From: a bacterium
GTDB taxonomy: Bacteria; Auribacterota; UBA3054
Assembly (NCBI GenBank): GCA_017616555.1
Contig: JAFZXZ010000016.1
Coordinates: 24,642 to 88,641 of the forward strand
DNA length: 64,000 bases
Reading direction: 5' to 3'
Numbering within the stretch: the first letter of the stretch is position 1; each line of letters opens with the position of its first letter. The notes below the pieces were generated by a model. It saw nothing but the letters and a program-made list of their open reading frames with translations. It was not told the origin of the DNA and did not search any database. The position numbers and the translations under genes are program-made. Below are positions 1-11,489 of the stretch, piece after piece.

Positions 1-61
1 ACCACAATGTCAAGTCCCAAACTAGACAAAGCCCCGAACGCCCTCCCCCTGCCATCATATC

Positions 62-89
62 TTGCTTATATTTCAGATTATGCTACAAT
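62..89 (+). promoter_or_regulatory. sigma70-type promoter for abrB-like/kamA-like genes
   Basis: TTGCTT (62-67), 16 nt spacer, TGc-TACAAT (extended -10, hexamer 84-89). Confidence 0.55.
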
Positions 90-134
90 AAGTTGGAAAG
101 TAAGAAATTCCAACTAACGCTACAGGAGCTTAAA

Positions 135-398
135 ATGTTGACGGAATTCAGACAAAAATCTCAGATAACGATTCCAAAGGACATCGTAAATAAAATAGGC
201 CTTTCCGAGGGCGACAAGATAGATATATCCGAAAAGAATGGTGTGATCTACATAATCCCGGTAAGCGTCTATCCCAAAAGTTATGTCGAGGAACTGAAAA
301 AAGAAGTTTATGGGATCAGAGAAAAAATCGCCTCCGGCAAACAACCGGTTTTTGACGATCTCGACGCCCTCTTCGAAAAATTAGATAAACGTAAATAA
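135..398 (+). CDS. AbrB/MazE/SpoVT-family DNA-binding protein (antitoxin-like)
   Basis: SQITIPKDIVNKIGLSEGDKIDI...GVIYIIP swapped-hairpin motif; start moved to ATG 135, which follows AGGAG (track start is TTG 93). Confidence 0.75.
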   Translation: MLTEFRQKSQITIPKDIVNKIGLSEGDKIDISEKNGVIYIIPVSVYPKSYVEELKKEVYGIREKIASGKQPVFDDLDALFEKLDKRK

Positions 399-400
399 TT

Positions 401-1414
401 ATGAAAATAAATTCCTGGCAGCAACAGCTGAATAATAGATTAACGACGGTAAAGGATATCTTCGAATTTAGAGGCTGGCCTTATTCGGAAGATGAGATTG
501 TTAAGTCATCATCTCTCCCAATGTTCACCACTCCGTATTATGCTTCGCTGATTGAAAAGGCGGATTTCAGCGATCCAATTTTCGCCATGACCGTCCCCTC
601 TCCCGAGGAAGCGAAAAGCGAGCAAAATTCCTGCGATCCTCTGGAAGAAGAAAAATACATGCCGGTCCCCGGGCTCATCCGCCGCTATCCCGATCGGGCC
701 GTTTATACCGCGACGCTTAACTGCGCTTCCCGCTGCCGTCACTGCACCAGAAGGTGGCAGATCATAAAGAGCGTCTGCTCAGATTGGCGCGAGACTCTTC
801 CAGCGGTCTTGGAATATTTGAAAAAAGAACCGAAGGTCGAGGAGATCATCATTTCCGGAGGCGATCCTCTCACTCTTCCCGATGACGAGATAATCGAGAT
901 CATTTCTTCTCTTAAAAAGCAGGGCGTTAAAATATTGCGCCTCGGCACCAGAATGCCCGTCACCTGCCCCATGCGCATTACCGATGATCTCTGCCAAAAA
1001 ATGAAGGCCTTCTCACCTATCTGGATACAAACACATTTCAATCATCCCAGAGAAGTGACGGAAGAAGCCAAGGAAGCCTTAAGCAAATTAGCCGACAACG
1101 GCTTCCCCATCAACAATCAGACAGTTCTTCTGAAAGGCGTCAACGACAATACGGAAACATTGGAAAAACTTTTCCGCCTGCTCGTCATTAACCGCGTCCG
1201 GCCCTATTATCTTTTCCAGTGCGACAAGATCCCAGGCACGGAGCATTTCTGGACGCCCCTTGAGACAGGATTGAAGATAATTAAGGAACTGCGCGAACGC
1301 TTAAGCGGCATCGCCATCCCGACCTTCATCGTGGACCGCCCCGCCCTGGACGGCAAAGTCCCCCTTTCCTACGCCACGTCAAAAGAAAACGAGATCGTAT
1401 TTTCGGAGATATAA
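401..1414 (+). CDS. KamA/EpmB-family radical SAM aminomutase
   Basis: RYPDRA, CASRCRHC (CxxxCxxC), SGGDPL, LRLGTR, THFNHPRE, NQTVLLKGVND, GKVP (PLP lysine); 337 aa, EpmB-like length. Confidence 0.85.
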   Translation: MKINSWQQQLNNRLTTVKDIFEFRGWPYSEDEIVKSSSLPMFTTPYYASLIEKADFSDPIFAMTVPSPEEAKSEQNSCDPLEEEKYMPVPGLIRRYPDRAVYTATLNCASRCRHCTRRWQIIKSVCSDWRETLPAVLEYLKKEPKVEEIIISGGDPLTLPDDEIIEIISSLKKQGVKILRLGTRMPVTCPMRITDDLCQKMKAFSPIWIQTHFNHPREVTEEAKEALSKLADNGFPINNQTVLLKGVNDNTETLEKLFRLLVINRVRPYYLFQCDKIPGTEHFWTPLETGLKIIKELRERLSGIAIPTFIVDRPALDGKVPLSYATSKENEIVFSEI

Positions 1415-1415
1415 C

Positions 1416-1731
1416 ATGAAAAACCTTGCTTTTGCTCTTCTTTTTTTGATTTCCAGCCTAAGCCTTCTGGCCGATCCCGGCGTCATTCGCCTAAGGGACA
1501 ATACCATCGATCCCAATGATCCCGCGATCCAAAGTACTGCCGAACCCAAGTGCTATCCCACCGCTTCCGGGAAATACCAGTACATAGTGCAGCGTAAAAG
1601 GGTATAATATCATGGAAGGTCCGCAGCGCTTCGCCATCGCTATAAGCGGCGTGGACGAAGCGGTGCCGGAACCGGCCTTCACTTTTGCAATTATATTTTT
1701 AGCCCTGCTTATTGGCAGAAAAACGAGATAA
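1416..1731 (+). pseudogene. internally deleted paralog of the downstream S8 peptidase (N-terminal ~59 codons joined out of frame to the PEP-CTERM tail)
   Basis: 1416-1593 encodes ...LADPGVIRL...IDP...SGKYQYIVQ, matching the N-terminus of 1736-3853; 1594-1731 in the +1 frame encodes VKGYNIMEGPQRFAIAISGVDEAVPEPAFTFAIIFLALLIGRKTR*, matching its C-terminus. Confidence 0.85.
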
Positions 1732-1735
1732 AAAC

Positions 1736-3853
1736 ATGAAAAAACTCATTGCCATTATTCTCTTCAGTTCTCTGAGCCTTACTCTTCTGGCCGATCCCGG
1801 CCTTATAAGGCTCTCAAGCGCCACCATCGATCCCGCTTCCCCGAAAGTTGCGAACGCGGAAACATTCGCTTCCTCACCAACATCTTCCGGGAAGTATCAG
1901 TTCATCGTGCAGCCGGAAAAGAATTTCAGCGCCGCGGAACTGAAAGAGATAAAAGAACTGGGGCTTACTAAGATCGGCACCATTCCGCCGAACGCGTACA
2001 TTTTCCTGGCCTCCAAAGAACAGATAAAAGAACTGAGCGAGATCTTCCCTCTTTTGTATTGCTCCGAATACAAACCGGAATACAAAATTTCCTTAACCGC
2101 CCAAAAGAAGACAGCAGAGGCGCCCGCTTCGGAAAAAGTTTTGATTGGTCTTGCGACAGCTGATAGTTATGACGCGGTTGCGCAATTCCTGAAAGAGAAA
2201 AACGTGGCGGATTACAAGCTGCTTCATAAAGAACCGCCTGTCGTCGAGGCGGCAATACCTTTGTCCCTGGTTTCTTCCCTCGCCGCCAAAAGCGAAGTCT
2301 TGAGCGTCGAAACAAAACCTGTGAAAAAGTTTATGAACGACGTCGCCAGAGGCGACAATCTCATGAACGTTGACCGCGCCAACAATTCCGGCTACACCGG
2401 GAAAGGCGTGATGGTCATAGTAACGGACACCGGCCTTGACAGCGGAGACACCGCCAACATACACGACGACTTCCAGGACAAAAACGTGATCGGCGTCGTG
2501 GGCGAATTGAACACCACGAGGACTGACTGGAGAGATCTTAACGGTCACGGCACCCACGTGGCTGGCTCCGCAACAGGAACGGGCGCTCACTACGGCGGCG
2601 AATACGCCGGAACAGCCAGGGAAGCGGATCTCTATTTCATCTGCCTGGGCGACGCCTCCTCTTCTATTGCGGATCTCTCGGACAACGACATCGCGAACGC
2701 TTACGAAGCCGGCGGAAGAGTCATGAACAACAGCTGGGGCTCCAGCTTCTACAGTTTCAAGGGAGAATACACCAGCACGGCTCAATACTATGACGCGCTG
2801 TCTATACAATATCCCGATCTACTCTTATTGTTCGCCGCCGGGAACGAGAACGAAAGGATAGACCTTGAGGATAACTTTTCCCTTGGCTGCGAAGCGGTCG
2901 CCAAAAACTCCATGACGGTGGGCGCCTCGGAAAGTTACCGTCCGGAATACCCCTATACTTACGGCATGCTCTGGGAATTGCCGATCGACAATCCCTATTA
3001 TAACGACAAGGCCGCCTATCCGAACAACGAAACTCAGCAGGGCATGGCCTACTTCTCCAGCCGCGGACCAGCCAAGGACGGCAGGGCGAAACCAGACATC
3101 GTGGCGCCCGGCACCTGGATCTACTCCGCGGAATCGCTATACGACGATGACAACGACGGCGAAAGAAAATCCTATTACACTTTTATGTTCGGGACCTCCA
3201 TGGCCACGCCCCTGACTTCCGGCGCGGCGGCCTGCGCCCTGCAATACCTCAAAGAAAATACTGACATCGCCTCCCCCTCCTGCGCGCTTGTCAAAGCGCT
3301 GCTCATCAACGGCGCCAGGACTATGGGCAAAGGTCAGTTCGACAGCTGCACCGAGATCCCGGAAGTCGTCCCCAACTGGGTGAACGGCTTCGGGCATGTC
3401 AATCTTAACGAAAGCTTGGATCCCTCATGCGGCAAACTCTTCGCTACGGAGGGAACGATAGCGGAGACCGGCCAATCAGTCTCCTATTTCTTCACCAAGG
3501 AAAGCGAAGGACCTGTTTCCGCAACACTCTGCTGGAGCGACTATCCCGGAACTGTTGGCGCTGCCCTTGCCCTGGTCAACGACCTTGACATCGTCGTGAG
3601 CGACGGAGAAACCGATTATTACTCCGGCGGCAAAACAGGACACAACGACTTTAAGAATAACTGTGAGCGCTGTCAGGTGAACGATTTTCCCGCCGGCAGC
3701 CGCATAGAAGTAAAAGTTACCGGCTACAACGTTATGGAAGGGCCTCAGAACTTCGCGCTCTGCGTCTCCGGCATAAACGATGTCGTCCCCGAACCGGCCT
3801 TTGCTTTTGCAGCCCTTGTGATAGCTCTGCTTTTCGCAAGAAAAACCAGATGA
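1736..3853 (+). CDS. secreted S8 (subtilisin-like) serine peptidase with PEP-CTERM sorting signal
   Basis: signal peptide; catalytic motifs VTDTGLD, HGTHVAG, GTSMATP; FAAGNE oxyanion motif; C-terminal VPEP + hydrophobic helix + RKTR; start set at ATG 1736. Confidence 0.9.
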   Translation: MKKLIAIILFSSLSLTLLADPGLIRLSSATIDPASPKVANAETFASSPTSSGKYQFIVQPEKNFSAAELKEIKELGLTKIGTIPPNAYIFLASKEQIKELSEIFPLLYCSEYKPEYKISLTAQKKTAEAPASEKVLIGLATADSYDAVAQFLKEKNVADYKLLHKEPPVVEAAIPLSLVSSLAAKSEVLSVETKPVKKFMNDVARGDNLMNVDRANNSGYTGKGVMVIVTDTGLDSGDTANIHDDFQDKNVIGVVGELNTTRTDWRDLNGHGTHVAGSATGTGAHYGGEYAGTAREADLYFICLGDASSSIADLSDNDIANAYEAGGRVMNNSWGSSFYSFKGEYTSTAQYYDALSIQYPDLLLLFAAGNENERIDLEDNFSLGCEAVAKNSMTVGASESYRPEYPYTYGMLWELPIDNPYYNDKAAYPNNETQQGMAYFSSRGPAKDGRAKPDIVAPGTWIYSAESLYDDDNDGERKSYYTFMFGTSMATPLTSGAAACALQYLKENTDIASPSCALVKALLINGARTMGKGQFDSCTEIPEVVPNWVNGFGHVNLNESLDPSCGKLFATEGTIAETGQSVSYFFTKESEGPVSATLCWSDYPGTVGAALALVNDLDIVVSDGETDYYSGGKTGHNDFKNNCERCQVNDFPAGSRIEVKVTGYNVMEGPQNFALCVSGINDVVPEPAFAFAALVIALLFARKTR

Positions 3854-6094
<2,241 letters not shown>

Positions 6095-6100
6095 GATCTC

Positions 6101-6847
6101 TTATATTACAAAAAAACGCGCCGCGTTTTTGTCGGTAAAATTTTCCACTTCCTTTAGCGTAAGCCCGGTCGCCTGCGAGTAAGATTCGGCGACTTCCATC
6201 ACCTGCGCCGGCCTGACAAATGGCGGCCTGACTTTAGCGGTGCCGATGTAAGGGCTGTCGGTCTCAAGCATGACTCTGTCCCTGGGAACATAGCGGGCCA
6301 GGTCGAGGACTTTTTTGGCGTTCGCCCTCGTTAGAGTGCCTGAGAAACTGACGTGGGCGCCGAGGTCCAAAAAAGGCTTGACCTGCTCCCTTGAGCAGGA
6401 GCAGGAATGAAGGACGAATGGGACGCCGAATTCCTTCAAAGGCTCCAGAAGGTCGCAATAGGCCTTGCGGCAGTGGATGACTAGTGGTTTATCGTGTTTT
6501 GCGGCAAAGGCCGCTTCCCGCTCAAGCCAGGCCGTTTGCAGGGGCTTCTGGCTGTCGTCGGGAACGTAATCCAGACCAACTTCGCCTATGGCAAGGCATT
6601 TAGGATGTTTTACGAGCGTTTCCCGAAGCTCGGGATCGTCCCCTTCCGCAACAAAGAGCGGATGGACTCCGACGGCGAAATAAACGGCAGGGTATTTTTC
6701 CGCGATGTCTTTGGCTCTCAGCCAAAAATTTTTGCTGTAAGCAGGGATAAGGAAACGCTTGACGCCGGCGGTTTGAGCCTCTTTTATCACCTTGTCCAGA
6801 TCGCCGTAGATCACTTCGTCGGTAAGATGGGCGTGGACGTCAAACAT
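6101..6847 (-). CDS. TatD-family hydrolase
   Basis: DVHAH, GVHP, AIGEVGLD, IHCR, LETDSPY. Confidence 0.92.
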   Translation of the reverse strand: MFDVHAHLTDEVIYGDLDKVIKEAQTAGVKRFLIPAYSKNFWLRAKDIAEKYPAVYFAVGVHPLFVAEGDDPELRETLVKHPKCLAIGEVGLDYVPDDSQKPLQTAWLEREAAFAAKHDKPLVIHCRKAYCDLLEPLKEFGVPFVLHSCSCSREQVKPFLDLGAHVSFSGTLTRANAKKVLDLARYVPRDRVMLETDSPYIGTAKVRPPFVRPAQVMEVAESYSQATGLTLKEVENFTDKNAARFFVI

Positions 6848-7775
6848 AGAAAAATTCCTTCCCGTCCTGAGTGCGGGAATGGATACTTCCTTTTTGCAGA
6901 AGGGTTTTGAGGAGCGCTTCAGTTTCAGATTCAGGATATCCTTTGGCTTCCACCAGGTCTTCCAAGGACATTATCCTGTGGCTCAAAGTCTCCAAGAGCT
7001 CTTCCTCGTTGACTTCCCTTTTTTCCTTGAGCGGCGCGGAGTGATAGGAAGCGATGACTTCCGCTTTGGGAATGAAGTAGCGCGACCACTTTTCCATTTC
7101 TTCTTTGGGGATCGGATTAACATCCTTTTCGGCGGGCGGCCTCACGGCGGTGTTGAGCTGGACGCAGTTCACTTTCAGGGAGCGCGACAAAAGGGAAAGC
7201 GCGGTCACCTGGTCCTCGTTGTCGTTGATGCCGGGAACGAGGAAGATTTCCAGATCGACTCTCCCCTTTCCGCGGTAAGCTTCGCAGAAAGCTTTGAGCC
7301 CGTCCAAGTAATCGGCGAAAGGAAGGTCTGGCGCCGGGCGATTCAACCTTTTGAAGGTCTTTTCGTCTGCGGCGTCAAGGCTCGGCATAACAACGTCAGA
7401 AATAAGCGCGGCTTCCCTGACTTCCGGAATATAGAAAAGCGTGGCGTTAGTGATAAGGCAGACCGGAAGACCGGTTATTTCTTTGGCTCCTTCGATTATC
7501 GTTTTCAGCGACTTGTAGAGCGTCGGCTCGCCGGAGCCGGCCAGGGTAACGATGTCGGCTTCCCCGCCTCTGTCTTTCCAGTTTTTCAGTTCGCCCAAGA
7601 CTTCTTCCGGAGGGAAATAATCTTTCCTTTCCAGCGTCTTCACGGTGGTACGGCCGCACTCGCAGTAAACACAGTCCAGCGTGCAGGTCTTGAACGGGAT
7701 GAGGTCTATGCCCAGGGAACGCCCCAGCCTTCTGGAGGCCACGGGGCCGAAGATATGTTTATACTTGTTTGTCAT
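6840..7775 (-). CDS. radical SAM protein (COG0731-like Fe-S oxidoreductase)
   Basis: FGPVASRRLGRSLGIDL, CTLDCVYC, GSGEPTL, PSLDA. Confidence 0.85.
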   Translation of the reverse strand: MTNKYKHIFGPVASRRLGRSLGIDLIPFKTCTLDCVYCECGRTTVKTLERKDYFPPEEVLGELKNWKDRGGEADIVTLAGSGEPTLYKSLKTIIEGAKEITGLPVCLITNATLFYIPEVREAALISDVVMPSLDAADEKTFKRLNRPAPDLPFADYLDGLKAFCEAYRGKGRVDLEIFLVPGINDNEDQVTALSLLSRSLKVNCVQLNTAVRPPAEKDVNPIPKEEMEKWSRYFIPKAEVIASYHSAPLKEKREVNEEELLETLSHRIMSLEDLVEAKGYPESETEALLKTLLQKGSIHSRTQDGKEFFYV

Positions 7776-8562
7776 TAAGGTATTTCATGACCTGCGTAAC
7801 GTCGTTCCAGACTTTCCTTCTCACTTCCACGGTGTATTCCCTGAGGACGTAGGAAGGGTGATAGGTCGGCATAACGGGGATGGCCATGCCGTCTATACTC
7901 AAAGTATGGAAAGTGCCGCGCAAAGCGTTGATGCCAGACTTGGTGTTCAAAAGATAGCGCGAGGCGAAAGCGCCGAGCGCTATTATGACTTGAGGCCGCA
8001 CTATCCTGATCTGGCAGGCCAGCATGGGCGTGCAATTGTCTATTTCCACGGGCTGGGGATCGCGGTTCATGGGCGGACGGCACTTCAGAACGTTGGCGAT
8101 GTAAACGCTCTTTCTCGGGATCTTCATGCCTTTTTCTATAATGTCCGTCAGAAGTTCGCCGGCCCTGCCCACGAAAGGTTCGCCCTGAAGATCTTCGTCT
8201 TCCCCGGGCGCTTCGCCGATGAACATGATCTTAGCTTCGGGGTCCCCGCTGCCGAAGACCAGGTTGCTCCTGGTCTTGCAAAGGGCGCATTGCCTGCAGC
8301 CGAGAGCGTATTCCCTGAGGCGTTTTAGCTCTTCCGCCTTGCTTCCTGAACCGATCTTGAATGGTTCCCTGAACTTGCTGAGAGGTTCGCTCTCGACTTT
8401 ACTGTCCGGTTTTTTGGCGGCGGCGGTTTTCTTGGCGAGGTAAGCCTTGACGTCCCCCGGGTCGGGAGGAAGAGTTTCGGGCGCGACGGAATCCCAGTTG
8501 CCAAGGGTCATCTCCTGCTTGAGATAATCCTTTATTAGCGGAATGAGCGAACTGTTACTCAT
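7759..8562 (-). CDS. uracil-DNA glycosylase, family 4 (Fe-S)
   Basis: CRQCALC, GEAPG, PFVGRAG, NVLKCRPP, TYHPSY. Confidence 0.93.
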   Translation of the reverse strand: MSNSSLIPLIKDYLKQEMTLGNWDSVAPETLPPDPGDVKAYLAKKTAAAKKPDSKVESEPLSKFREPFKIGSGSKAEELKRLREYALGCRQCALCKTRSNLVFGSGDPEAKIMFIGEAPGEDEDLQGEPFVGRAGELLTDIIEKGMKIPRKSVYIANVLKCRPPMNRDPQPVEIDNCTPMLACQIRIVRPQVIIALGAFASRYLLNTKSGINALRGTFHTLSIDGMAIPVMPTYHPSYVLREYTVEVRRKVWNDVTQVMKYLNDKQV

Positions 8563-9721
8563 CTTTTTTCTGCTCTTCCATGTCGCCGCGGCGTCTTACG
8601 CCCCAAAGCCTGGTGACATCCAGGACGCCGAATTTTTTGAAGCCCAGGAGAATGACGATCGTCAGCACGACAAGAATTATCCCGGCGTACTGGTTGCTCC
8701 TAAGTGAGAGCGCCAACGCGGCCAGGCCAAGAAGCAGGCAGAAGCCGTAAAGAACCAGAACGGTCTCGGGGTGCGTCAAACCGCTGTACATGATCTTGTG
8801 ATGGATATGCTGGGCGTCGGACTGGAAGGGGTTCTCCCTTCTGACCGTGCGTCTAAGGAAAGCCAGCGTCGTGTCGAGGATGGGAAGGCCTAAAGCAATG
8901 ATGGGAACAAGAAGCGCTACGCTAGTCGCGCTGATCTGCGAGCTTCTTATGGCCATGCAGGCGACCAAAAAGCCCAAAAAGAGAGCTCCCCCGTCTCCCA
9001 AAAATATCTTGGCGGGATAGAAATTGTAGCGCAGAAATCCCAAGACGGCGCCCAAAACGATGGCGCAAATGACGCTCGGGAAAATGAAGAGCGTGAACTG
9101 TTCCGGCCTGGAGTGCGCCAGCATCCTGGAATTGACGAAAATGACCGCCGCCACGATAAAGATTATGCCTCCGCACAGTCCGTCCAGACCGTCGCTAAGG
9201 TTGATGGCGTTGGTGATGCCGACCAGCCATATCAAAGTGAAGGCGATGGCCATCCAGGGATAGAAATCGAGTGTCGGGCCGAAGGGGTTCGTGATCTTAG
9301 CGATGACGATGCCGTTTCCTATGACGAGGCAGCTCGCCACGATCTGGAAAACGAATTTCGTCGCCCAGCTGAGCTGCAATAGGTCGTCAACCACGCCGAG
9401 CACGGCCATGATAAGAAGGCCGCCGAAAATGGCCAGCGTCTGCGGCTGCATGAACTCCTTGGCTACCGTGGGGTTCAAAAAAGCCGCCAGGACGGCCGTA
9501 ATGGCGAAAGCCGCAACAAGCGCCGCTCCTCCCAAACGGGGGATCTGACGGCCGCCGTGGCGCCCGCCAACAGGCCCGAAGAGCTTTTTCTTCAGGGCGA
9601 AGGCCAAGACCAACTTTGTGAAGAGCAAAGTCAGAAGCAGAGCGACAACGAACAGCGCTATGAAGAGCGCCGGCTTTACTTCGCCCTGGGGAGTTGAAAA
9701 CAATTCGTAGATCTTGCTCAT
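8555..9721 (-). CDS. undecaprenyl-phosphate alpha-GlcNAc-1-phosphate transferase (WecA/TagO, MraY family)
   Basis: IPRLGG, GVVDD, NAINLSDGLDGL, IFLGDGG, DAQHIHH; multiple TM helices; start at 9721 gives an ATGA overlap with the upstream gene. Confidence 0.88.
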   Translation of the reverse strand: MSKIYELFSTPQGEVKPALFIALFVVALLLTLLFTKLVLAFALKKKLFGPVGGRHGGRQIPRLGGAALVAAFAITAVLAAFLNPTVAKEFMQPQTLAIFGGLLIMAVLGVVDDLLQLSWATKFVFQIVASCLVIGNGIVIAKITNPFGPTLDFYPWMAIAFTLIWLVGITNAINLSDGLDGLCGGIIFIVAAVIFVNSRMLAHSRPEQFTLFIFPSVICAIVLGAVLGFLRYNFYPAKIFLGDGGALFLGFLVACMAIRSSQISATSVALLVPIIALGLPILDTTLAFLRRTVRRENPFQSDAQHIHHKIMYSGLTHPETVLVLYGFCLLLGLAALALSLRSNQYAGIILVVLTIVILLGFKKFGVLDVTRLWGVRRRGDMEEQKKDE

Positions 9722-10143
9722 TTGTTGGCTGTGAGCGACTTCACGCACTCGCTGGTGTAGGCTTTGGAGACCGCCATGGTATCCTTCATGATCGCGTCCT
9801 GGGCTCTGAGCCAGGCGTTGCCGGGCTCGCTGTGATAGAAATCAAGCAAAGCCTGGATAGTCTCCTTGCTAAGATGACGTTCGTAAACAGGGATCACGCG
9901 CCGCATGAGTTCGTCGGTCTTTATGGCCTTCCTTAGACTGGGCCTTATTTCCTCCGGCATGGCAGCCACTATAGAATTGATGGAAAAATCCAGCGTGGAA
10001 TACATGTCGGTCGCGATCATCAGCTTTGTGACCAGGTCACGTTTCTCCTTGGCTTCCAAATTGACGAAGCCGACGTTCTGGGCTATGAGAAGCGAGGCTC
10101 CTCCCAGGATAAAGAAAACGATCGCAAAAAGCACGCGGCGCAT
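9718..10143 (-). CDS. exported DUF2059-like protein
   Basis: signal peptide; VYERHLSKETIQALLDFYHSEPG pattern. Confidence 0.7.
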   Translation of the reverse strand: MRRVLFAIVFFILGGASLLIAQNVGFVNLEAKEKRDLVTKLMIATDMYSTLDFSINSIVAAMPEEIRPSLRKAIKTDELMRRVIPVYERHLSKETIQALLDFYHSEPGNAWLRAQDAIMKDTMAVSKAYTSECVKSLTANK

Positions 10144-10160
10144 AGCTACCCCCAAATTGA

Positions 10161-11456
10161 TTATTGTTCCGTAACTTCAGCTTTGGAAACGACGAACTTC
10201 AGGGTCTTCTCCTGAAGGATGCCGCCTCTCAATTCGTCGAGTTTGCCGGACTGCTCGAACATTCTGAAGACCCACTGCACGGGACGGCCGAACATTCTGG
10301 CGTATTCCTGCAGACGGGGCATGATGTCGTCGGCGGTCAAAAGGATCTTCTCCTTGTCGGCGATGTAGCTGACGATGAATTCGGCAGCCACGTCAACCTT
10401 GGCGCGCTCTTCGCACTGCGGCTTAAGATTCTCGGCTTCCTTCTGAAGTTCCTCTTCCTTCATTCCGCCTCTCATTTTGTTTTCCAGCTCGCGGCGCAGA
10501 ATGTTGTTGGTCTGAGCCTGGACAAAATAAGGCGGCAGCGGAATGGGATTATTCTTGACAAGCTGTTCCCTGGCCAGTTCGCAGAGGCGGTTCTGCTCGA
10601 TCTCGGCCTTGTTCTGGGTGAAGGCTTCCTTGACCTTGACTTTGAGTTCGTCCACGGTCTTGATATTGGGATCGATCTTGGCGGCCAATTCGTCGTTCAC
10701 TTCCGGGACCGCGCGTTCCCTGATGCTTTCAAGGGTGACGGTGAAAGTGAGTTTCTGGTCGCGGTATTCCTTCATGAAGAATTCGGCGCCGGAATTAAGT
10801 TCGAAGGTCTTGGTCTCGCCTTTCTTCATGCCGGCGATCTCGGCGCAGAAGCCGGGGGCCGGGGTGTTGCGGTCCTGAGCCACTTCGACCCAGGCGGAGT
10901 CTCTCTTGAAGACTTCCTTCTCGCCCAAAGTCGCTTTGTAAGTGCAGACTGACCAGTCGCCGAACTTGGCCGGGCGGTCGGTCTTAACTTCTTCGTAGGT
11001 GGCGAAACGTTCGGCAGCCAAAGCGATCTCTTTAGCGACTTCCTCGTCGGTCACTTCCGTCTTGCGGCCTTTCAGCTTCAAGCCAGTGTAGTTGATGTTC
11101 TCGACCTTGGGGGCGACTTCGAATTCCACTTCGAAGGCAAAATCGCCCTCGGCGGGATAGACCGGCTTGTCCTTCACGCTCATTTCCGTGACCACATGCA
11201 GACGGTACTGCTTGACAAGGGATTTGACGACTTTGTTGATCATGTCGTCCATCGCTTCCTGTTCGAAATATTCCTTGAACTTGGCCTCGACCATTGAGCG
11301 GGGGGCTTTGCCGCGGCGGAAACCGGGCAGTTCGATCATTTTGCTGTTCTTTACTAGCGAGCTCTCGTAAGCGGCTTTAAGTTCTTCCTGGCCGACCGTG
11401 GCTTTCACGACCACTTCGCAGGGAGTTTTCGTTGTTATTTCAGCTTTGATTGCCAT
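10161..11456 (-). CDS. tig: trigger factor
   Basis: PGFRRGKAP ribosome-binding signature, FKBP-like middle domain, 431 aa. Confidence 0.93.
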   Translation of the reverse strand: MAIKAEITTKTPCEVVVKATVGQEELKAAYESSLVKNSKMIELPGFRRGKAPRSMVEAKFKEYFEQEAMDDMINKVVKSLVKQYRLHVVTEMSVKDKPVYPAEGDFAFEVEFEVAPKVENINYTGLKLKGRKTEVTDEEVAKEIALAAERFATYEEVKTDRPAKFGDWSVCTYKATLGEKEVFKRDSAWVEVAQDRNTPAPGFCAEIAGMKKGETKTFELNSGAEFFMKEYRDQKLTFTVTLESIRERAVPEVNDELAAKIDPNIKTVDELKVKVKEAFTQNKAEIEQNRLCELAREQLVKNNPIPLPPYFVQAQTNNILRRELENKMRGGMKEEELQKEAENLKPQCEERAKVDVAAEFIVSYIADKEKILLTADDIMPRLQEYARMFGRPVQWVFRMFEQSGKLDELRGGILQEKTLKFVVSKAEVTEQ

Positions 11457-11489
11457 AATTTTAATCTGATTGTTGCGGTTATATTTAGT

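Noticed and set aside
401-1414. KamA gene as a truncated pseudogene
   Set aside because: The Fe-S motif and PLP-lysine region are intact, and the length matches the short EpmB-like class.
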